Assembly (NCBI RefSeq): GCF_004010195.1
Contig: NC_057740.1
Span: 34,804,799 to 34,868,798 of the forward strand
Direction: 5' to 3'
DNA from: Chiloscyllium plagiosum
Lineage: Eukaryota
DNA: 64,000 nucleotides
The first letter of the stretch is position 1, and every line of letters starts with the position of its first letter. The position numbers and the translations under genes were made by a program. Below, in pieces: positions 63,622 through 64,000 of the stretch. The notes under the pieces are model-generated. The model was given only the letters and a program-made list of their open reading frames with translations. It was not told where the DNA came from and ran no database searches.

Positions 63622-63990
63622 AAAAGCAAATTACGGCGGATGCTAGAATCTGAAACCAAAAGAGAAAAAGCTGGAAAATCTCAGCAGGTCTGGTAGCATC
63701 TGTAAGGAGAGAAAAGGGCTAACGTTTCAAGTCTAACTGACCCTTTTGTCAAAGCTCCTGAGAGAGAAAAGGAAAGCAGTGAAGGTGGACAGGGGGAGAG
63801 AAACAAACCGGAAATCCTGTCGGAGAGAAGAGCTGTACTTCTTCAGGGTAGGTATTCCTGGAAGAGAGGTGGCAGTGGGTTAAACACTGGGTACAAGCTT
63901 TGACAAAGGGTCAGTTAGACTCGAAACGTCAGCTCTTTTCTCTCCTTACAGATGCTGCCAGACCTGCTGAGATTTTCCAGCATTTTCTCT
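63622..63990. mobile_element. Penelope-derived element with ~95-bp inverted arms (63661-63755 / 63896-63990)
   Basis: Arms are reverse complements; ~140-bp spacer. Confidence 0.85.
63896..63934 (+). ncRNA. Hammerhead ribozyme motif with U3-A8 core variant
   Basis: AGCU-UUGACAA-A-GGGUC(AGUUA)GACUC-GAAAC-GUC-AGCU. Confidence 0.65.
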
Positions 63991-64000
63991 CATACAAAAG

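Overview
Eukaryotic, repeat-dominated genomic DNA with no recognisable host protein-coding exon. The repeat repertoire (HE1/V-type tRNA SINEs sharing a 3' tail with CR1 LINEs, Deu-type SINEs, L2, Tx1, RTE and many Penelope-like fragments) points to a cartilaginous fish, probably a shark. It looks like an intron or gene desert with several AT-rich, homeobox-motif-rich unique islands. The window opens with a CR1 ORF1 (SGNH esterase) fragment abutting an ~8.8 kb array of a 26-bp satellite. There are three assembly gaps. Nearly all ORFs in the track are spurious or retroelement debris. Most notable: (1) the same ~225-bp CpG-rich promoter-like leader is fused, ending at the same nucleotides (GGAGAG), to two CR1 bodies that resume at very different positions (mid-ORF1 and inside the ORF2 endonuclease); (2) several families of short Penelope-derived insertions carry minimal hammerhead ribozymes, many with 8-15 bp TSDs or fold-back structure, including a U3-A8 core variant. 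Coordinates of old, degraded repeats are approximate. All family names come from motif recognition by eye, not database search.
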